Source: Nitrospinota bacterium (GTDB lineage: Bacteria; UBA8248). From it: a stretch of 22,508 nucleotides of DNA. The notes under the pieces are model-generated. The model searched no databases and had not been told where the DNA came from. It worked only from the letters and a program-made list of their open reading frames with translations. This document shows, piece after piece, positions 16,834 through 22,508 of this stretch. A program made the translations under genes and the position numbers. The DNA is taken from the NCBI GenBank assembly GCA_046581755.1, contig JAYGFR010000205.1, positions 1 to 22,508 on the forward strand. Reading direction: 5' to 3'. The stretch's first letter is position 1; the number at the start of each line of letters is the position of its first letter.

Positions 16834-17664
16834 GTGTGGCGCGAAGATTGTCTCTCTCGAATCCCTCTCGTTCAATCGGAGACCAGCCGCTTGTCCGCGC
16901 TGTGGAGGGGGCTCAGCGATGAGGAGTGGGACAGGGATACCTTCTGTCCCGGCTGGACGGCGGCAACCGCCATCAGCCACGTGACGACCGGGGGCGCTTT
17001 TTATCACAACACCGTCTGCCGCGCGCTCGATGGCCTTCCGCCCGAACCCCCCTACGGCGGGGACGCCAAGGAGTTCTGGTCCATCCGGAAGGTCAAGGGC
17101 GAAGAGCTCATGGCGCTGCCCCGCGCGGAGATGATGGATATCTTCGATTCCACCTCGGCGGATCTCCAGGAATCGCTCGAGCGCATCACGGAGGCGGATC
17201 TCGACAAGCCCGGCTATCATCCCCGGGGCCTGACCAATCTCAAGGCCTGGATCGGCATGCGCCTGGTCGAGCTCGTCGTTCACGACTGGGACGTCCGGTT
17301 CGAGAAAGAATCCCCCTGCGCCGTCGTCCCCCAGGGCGCCGAGGGGATGCTCGTCTTTATTCCGGATACTCTCGCCCGCCTTTTTAACGTGCGCGATAAG
17401 CAGCCCTTCGAGGGCCGGTTTCATTTCCGCTCGACCGCGCCCGGGCGGGGATGGACGCTCGAGGTGGCGGGCGAGGAGGCTTCGGTATCGGCCGAGGTTT
17501 CGGGAGACTACGATGCGGTCATCGAAACCGATGCCGAGGCGCACCTTCTTCTGCCCTACGGGCGGCTCAAGCGGGAGGAGGCCGAGAAGGATGGCCGTCT
17601 CCGGGTCGAGGGCGATGTCTCCGCGGCCGGCCGTCTCCTGGGCGTGGTGTACTGCAAGTATTAG
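16834..17664 (+). CDS. Maleylpyruvate isomerase (MDMPI)/DinB-superfamily metal-dependent enzyme with SCP2-like C-terminal domain
   Basis: LSDEEWDRDTFCPGWT...ISHV and RLVELVVHDWDV motifs; C-terminal LRVEGD; RBS AGGAGG before GTG. Confidence 0.85.
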   Translation: MWREDCLSRIPLVQSETSRLSALWRGLSDEEWDRDTFCPGWTAATAISHVTTGGAFYHNTVCRALDGLPPEPPYGGDAKEFWSIRKVKGEELMALPRAEMMDIFDSTSADLQESLERITEADLDKPGYHPRGLTNLKAWIGMRLVELVVHDWDVRFEKESPCAVVPQGAEGMLVFIPDTLARLFNVRDKQPFEGRFHFRSTAPGRGWTLEVAGEEASVSAEVSGDYDAVIETDAEAHLLLPYGRLKREEAEKDGRLRVEGDVSAAGRLLGVVYCKY

Positions 17665-17699
17665 GGCGCCGCGCCGGCTGAGTGATGAAAGGTGGAGGG

Positions 17700-20201
17700 A
17701 TGACAGCTTTTCCCAAGCCGCTACCGCCCGAAGCGCTCCGGTGGGTGTTCGACCCCTCCGATTCCCTTCCTGCGGACGGCGGCAAGCTCTCCAAGGAAAC
17801 CTTCATCGGCCAGGAGCGCGCCGAGCGCGCGCTCGCCTTCGGCCTCGGGATGCGTTCCTACGATTTCAATCTCTACGTATCGGGCTCCGCCGGAACGGGC
17901 AAGTACACCATGTGCCGCTCCTATTGCGAGCGCGTGGCCTGCGAGCGGCCCGTGCCGGATTCGGTCGTCTTCGTCCACAACTTCGCCGTTCCCGATAAGC
18001 CCATCTGGCTGACCTTCCCGGCGGGCGCAGCATGTGCGTTTGAAAAGGACATGGCGGCCCTCGTCGCCGAGCTCCGGGACTCCATCCCCAGGGCCTTCGA
18101 AGAGGACGCCCACGAAAGCGCCCGGAAGGAAATCGTCGAGGACGTGAACGTGCGCCAGCGGCAAAGGCTCGAAGAGCTTGAGCGCGTCGCCCGCGAGTCC
18201 GGCTACGCCATCCAGATAACCCAGACGGGCATCAACGTCGTCCCGCTGATTCACGGCGAGCCGGCGACCCCGGAGGCCTACGAAAAACTCCCCGAGGAGG
18301 AGCGTAAAAAACTCGACGATGCCCGCACTGTGCTGAACGGTCCGATCTCGGATTTCGTCAAGGAGACGCGTTCTCTCGAAAAAGAAATGCGCGCGCGCAT
18401 CCAGGATCTGGACAAAAAAATCGCGCTCACCGCCGTAAAGGGTCCGGTGGACGAGTTGCGGGAGAAAAATAAGGACCACGAGAAGGCGGTCTCCTACCTC
18501 GACATGGCCGAGCAGCACATCCTTTCCCACCTTTCGGATTTTCTGAATCCGGGGGGCCAGCCTCCGCCGGGCGGGGCGTCCATGATGATGTTGAGGCCGC
18601 CCGGGGATGAAAACCCCTTTCGCGTTTACGAGGTGAACGTGGTGGTCGATCATTCCGGCCTCGAGTGCGCGCCGGTTGTCTTCGAGTCCAACCCGAACTT
18701 CAATAACCTTTTCGGCCGGATCGAGCGGCGAGCCCATTTCGGAACCTACACCACCGACGCCACCCTCATCCGCGCCGGCTCGATGATCCAGGCGGCCGGT
18801 GGTTTTCTCATCCTGAACGTCCTCGATGTTCTGACCAACCCCGGCGTCTGGCCGGCCCTGAAGCGCGCCATCCGCACCCAGTGCGTCCGCATCGAGGATC
18901 TGGGCGAGACCTTCGGCTGGAGCCAGGGCACCATCAAGCCAGAACCCGTGCCGGTCAACGCCAAGGTCGTCCTCATGGGCAGCCCAGCGATCTACTATCT
19001 CCTTCTCCGGCAGGACGAGGATTTCGCCAAGCTCTTCAAGGTGAAGGCCGATTTCAGTTCCGACATCAAGAGGACCGCCGAGAGCCTCCGTGACTTCCGG
19101 GCCTTTATCGAGTTCCACCGGGACGAGGAAGGCCTGCTCGCCTTCGACGACGGCGCGGTGGCGCGGGTCATCGAGGCGAGCGCGCGCATGGTCTCCGACA
19201 AGGAGAGGCTTTCGGCCCAGTTCGGCGAGCTCCGCGAACTCCTGCTCGAGGCGGATCACTGGGCCCGCGAGGAGGAGGCCCAGCGGGTCGAGACCCGGCA
19301 CATCGTCCGCGCCGAGGACGAAAAACGGTTCCGGGACAATCTGCTGGACGAGCGCCTGCGCGATCAGATCGTCGAGGGGAACGTGCTCATCGACGTCGAG
19401 GGTGAAGTGGCGGGCCAGATCAACGGCCTGGCCGTTCTCGGCCTGGGTGGATTCAGCTTCGGCAAGCCCTCGCGCATCACGGCCCAGACCTACATGGGCG
19501 ACCGGGGGGTGGTGAACATCGAGCGCGAGAGCAAGTTATCTGGAAGCATCCACGACAAAGGGGTGCTCATCCTCCAGGGCTATCTCGGGGCCACCTATGC
19601 CCAAAAACGGCCGCTGGCCCTTTCGGCGAGCATCACCTTCGAGCAGAACTACGGCGGCGTGGACGGCGACAGCGCCTCATCGACCGAGCTTTACGCCCTC
19701 CTCAGCAGCCTGTCTGAACTGCCAATCAAGCAGGGCCTCGCCGTCACCGGATCGATCAACCAGCGCGGGAAAATTCAGCCCATCGGCGGCGCGAACGAGA
19801 AGATCGAGGGGTTCTTCGAGGTATGCCGGGAAAAGGGCGCCCTCAATGGAGAACAGGGCGTCCTCATCCCCCACCAGAATGTGAAAAACCTCATGCTCCG
19901 GGACGAAGTCATCGCCGCCGTGCGCGAGGGTAAATTTCATATCTACGCCATCCACACCGTGGACGAGGGAATCTCGATTCTCACCGGCGTCGAGGCCGGC
20001 GAGAGAGCCCCGGATACGGGCGATTTTCCGCCCGGCACCGTCCACGGCCTCGCCGCGGCCAAGCTGGCGAGAATGTACGATGATTTAAGAAGGCTCGGAA
20101 AACGCAAGGACGAGGAGGACGAAGACGCCCCGGCCCCCGGGGATGAAGGCCTGCCCTCGCCCCCCGACCCTCCGCCCCATCCGCCCCGGCGGGGGAGGTA
20201 G
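17700..20201 (+). CDS. Lon-like protease, LonC type (AAA-like domain with coiled-coil insert plus Lon_C)
   Basis: IGQERA, GSAGTGK, GQINGLAV, FEQNYGGVDGDSAS (catalytic Ser), TGSINQRG and IGGANEKIEGFF (catalytic Lys); RBS GGAGG before ATG 17700. Confidence 0.92.
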   Translation: MTAFPKPLPPEALRWVFDPSDSLPADGGKLSKETFIGQERAERALAFGLGMRSYDFNLYVSGSAGTGKYTMCRSYCERVACERPVPDSVVFVHNFAVPDKPIWLTFPAGAACAFEKDMAALVAELRDSIPRAFEEDAHESARKEIVEDVNVRQRQRLEELERVARESGYAIQITQTGINVVPLIHGEPATPEAYEKLPEEERKKLDDARTVLNGPISDFVKETRSLEKEMRARIQDLDKKIALTAVKGPVDELREKNKDHEKAVSYLDMAEQHILSHLSDFLNPGGQPPPGGASMMMLRPPGDENPFRVYEVNVVVDHSGLECAPVVFESNPNFNNLFGRIERRAHFGTYTTDATLIRAGSMIQAAGGFLILNVLDVLTNPGVWPALKRAIRTQCVRIEDLGETFGWSQGTIKPEPVPVNAKVVLMGSPAIYYLLLRQDEDFAKLFKVKADFSSDIKRTAESLRDFRAFIEFHRDEEGLLAFDDGAVARVIEASARMVSDKERLSAQFGELRELLLEADHWAREEEAQRVETRHIVRAEDEKRFRDNLLDERLRDQIVEGNVLIDVEGEVAGQINGLAVLGLGGFSFGKPSRITAQTYMGDRGVVNIERESKLSGSIHDKGVLILQGYLGATYAQKRPLALSASITFEQNYGGVDGDSASSTELYALLSSLSELPIKQGLAVTGSINQRGKIQPIGGANEKIEGFFEVCREKGALNGEQGVLIPHQNVKNLMLRDEVIAAVREGKFHIYAIHTVDEGISILTGVEAGERAPDTGDFPPGTVHGLAAAKLARMYDDLRRLGKRKDEEDEDAPAPGDEGLPSPPDPPPHPPRRGR

Positions 20202-20370
20202 CCGCTTCCCTGCCTGCGCCCCCCCCCCCGGGAGAGTTCCGGCAATCCCGAATGCACGAATGCCGTCCGGTCTGCTTGCAACGGTACACCCTCAAACGGA
20301 CAGCCGATCCCTTCCCGGCCCTTTCCTCCGCGCGGAGAGCGGGTCCTCGATCGCTCCGGTGAGGCCCTGC

Positions 20371-21045
20371 TCAGCGCACGTGCCCGTAGAAGCGGGCGAG
20401 CTTTTCGGGCGGGACGCCTAGGGCGTAGAGGACGCTGAGCCCCAACCACAAGTAGAAGCACCGCCATTTCCCCCAAACCTCGATGCGTCTTCCGCTGGTC
20501 GTGATGGGCTCCTCGATGAGGGCGATCTCTCCCGCCTCGCGCATCCGGGCGCTGAAGCCCCAGTCCTCGAAAAGAGGAACCTCGGGGTATCCTCCCAACT
20601 CCTCGAACACCTTCCGCCGCGCAAAGATGGCCTGATCGCCGAACAAAAGGCGCCACCGCCTGGACCTGGTATTGGCGCTGAGGCTGATGAACCGGCTGAA
20701 CCGATCGTCCCGGTCGAAGCGGTGGATGAACCCGCCACCGGCGGCGGCGGGATCGCGCATCGCCTCCTCGATCAGGCCCAAACCTCCGGGCGGCAGGCGG
20801 GTGTCGCAGTGGAGAAAAAGCAGAATATCCCCCTTGGCCCCGGCCGCTCCCACGTTCATCTGGAGCGCCCGGCCGGGCGGGGAGGCGGCGATTCGCGCGC
20901 GGTCGCGGGCGATTTCGAGGGTGGCGTCCTCGCTTCCGCCGTCGGCGAGGATGATCTCCCAATCCCCGGCCTGGGCTTCGAGATCGTCCAGAAAAGGCCC
21001 CAGGCGCTCCGCTTCGTTCAACACCGGGACGATGATGGAGATCAA
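20371..21045 (-). CDS. Glycosyltransferase family 2, TIGR04283-like
   Basis: ISIIVPVLNE, DGGSED, GRALQMNVGA, LFLHCDT, FGDQAIF, PLFED and TSGRR motifs; TTG 21045 with AGAGGA RBS (ORF extends to 21213). Confidence 0.88.
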   Translation of the reverse strand: MISIIVPVLNEAERLGPFLDDLEAQAGDWEIILADGGSEDATLEIARDRARIAASPPGRALQMNVGAAGAKGDILLFLHCDTRLPPGGLGLIEEAMRDPAAAGGGFIHRFDRDDRFSRFISLSANTRSRRWRLLFGDQAIFARRKVFEELGGYPEVPLFEDWGFSARMREAGEIALIEEPITTSGRRIEVWGKWRCFYLWLGLSVLYALGVPPEKLARFYGHVR

Positions 21046-21389
21046 GGCCGGGTTTCCTCTGCGGCGGCGCGGGGTCGCACCATCTCTTTGGATGGAATAA
21101 TTATGGGTACGCAGTTTCTGTAGCCATGATGCCGGTAAATGGGCCGTAATGGGACAGATTTTTATCTTTTGATGGATACTCTCAAATTCCGCTGAGCATA
21201 CAAAGCGACACAAAGAAGGAGAGGGAGCTTTATTTCAAGAAAAATATTCCAGAAACGGTGCGGAATGGGGGGCAGGCGGCGACTATCCGTAGACGTACTC
21301 GACCTCGGGCTGGCCAGCCACGGTGGCCGTCAGGTACACCCGCTCTGGCTCCATCTCCTCGCGGGGAGCTCCGCCATAGCCTCCCTGAA

Positions 21390-22092
21390 TCATTTAAGCC
21401 CGAATTTCTTTTTGATTTCCTCGAACCTTCCGCTCTTTTTCATGGCCCGGAGGCGGGCCGTTACCTTCGGGACGAGGCCCTCATGTTTGAGGTGTAGATA
21501 ATGAAATAGCGGGTTTACCTGAACGGGCGGGGAAAGTATGATAACCTTTTTGAGCTTCAGCTCTTCGATGAGCTTTTGACCGGTAAAACGATTCGCCGCC
21601 GCCACATCCATTCTCTTTTTCCACCATCAGAAATGCCGACCTGTCTATGCCGACAATTAACCGCTTCATTCCGATGGTGTTTTGCTCGGCGACTTTATAC
21701 CCCCGGTGAAACACGATTTTGTAGGGCTTCAGGCTTTCCCAGCCGTTGATTTTGATGCCGCCGCTTTTTCCAAACGCCATCTGCTCGGCCTGGACATGGC
21801 TCACCGGTATCCGGATGAGATTGGTGTATTTTTTGTCGATCCCTTTGATCCGGACCAATTCCACATCGGCCCGGCCTTGATTCGAGGTGCGCAGCGCCCG
21901 TTCGGCGGGGTAGGTCTTGTAGATCAATTGGATCCCCAGTTTTTCGTAGGCCTCCCGGATGATGGCCGCCGCCGCCGCTTCATGGAACACGTTCTTTTCC
22001 TGTGGATATACCAACGTCAGTGACTTCGTTTCGGCGCCGGAGGCCGGGGGAAGGAGGAAACCAAACACCACCAAAATGAGAAAAAACCTCAT
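21390..22092 (-). CDS. Family 3-like periplasmic substrate-binding protein, frameshifted near 21612-21620
   Basis: Signal peptide, IIREAYEKLG..YPAERAL..GRADVE, GWESLKPY; continues in the second frame as RMDV...LFHYLHLKHEGLVPKVTARLRAMKKSG. Confidence 0.75.
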
Positions 22093-22228
22093 GGCATCGA
22101 CCTTTCATTCCGTTCAACCGGCATTGCCCAAATGGTTTTTTGAATAGAGCCCCGGATTATGCGGCAACGCTCTCCATTTTTCAAATTTCGGCCATTTTAC
22201 CTTTCCCTGCCGGCGCCTCCCGCCGATG

Positions 22229-22418
22229 TCCATCAAGGCGCTGAGAGATACCCTCAGGTCACTTCCTCGGGCCAACAAACACGGGGCCAGCGGGAATTCG
22301 AGCCTCCGGTGAGCGTGCCACCTTGTGGAGTGACAGGAGACCCTGGCACCGGCCTTCCCGCTGGATCGGCCACTCGACCGAGCGCTTCACCCTCTCGCCC
22401 CTTGACGTGGAGCCGCCC
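22229..22418 (-). ncRNA. Candidate ~185-nt rod-like structured RNA (6S-like size and architecture; family unassigned)
   Basis: Nested inverted repeats span 22229-22411; G-U wobbles favour the minus strand; TAAAAT -10-like hexamer at 22424-22429. Confidence 0.6.
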
Positions 22419-22508
22419 AGATTATTTTAAGGGGAATACTCCGGGAGACGGAGCGGCGGGGCGAATAGGCTAAAGTGGGGGAATATTATTTGCCTGAAAA
22501 TTACATTT

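Noticed and set aside
22239..22262. TPP riboswitch (CTGAGA-ATACCC match) and cobalamin-like CAGGAGACC near 22334
   Set aside because: The remaining conserved elements (TPP ACCTGATC...TAATGC; B12 box) are absent, and pairing favours a minus-strand rod

Overview
Bacterial chromosomal window with no mobile element, CRISPR array, rRNA or tRNA. Left part (minus strand): HtrA/DegQ protease, DacZ-type diadenylate cyclase, class I SAM methyltransferase, and a basic repeat protein. Next come a PNPOx-like protein, two small membrane proteins, a repeat-rich intergenic region, a TAXI-TRAP transporter pair and a disrupted YtcJ-like amidohydrolase. A minus-strand operon follows: lipoprotein, radical SAM protein, rimO (2 frameshifts), ICMT-family methyltransferase and a CMD/AhpD protein. 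The window ends with an MDMPI/DinB-family enzyme, a LonC-type protease, a TIGR04283-like GT2, a frameshifted SBP and a ~183-nt rod-like RNA candidate. Best findings: (1) the CMD/AhpD gene is split in the ORF track by an in-frame TGA at the second Cys of CxxC (CPFU) and is followed by a bacterial SECIS-like hairpin, so it is a probable hidden selenoprotein; (2) a 6S-sized rod-shaped ncRNA candidate at 22229-22418; (3) frameshifts at homopolymers and a CCWGG site suggest long-read consensus errors rather than true pseudogenes.
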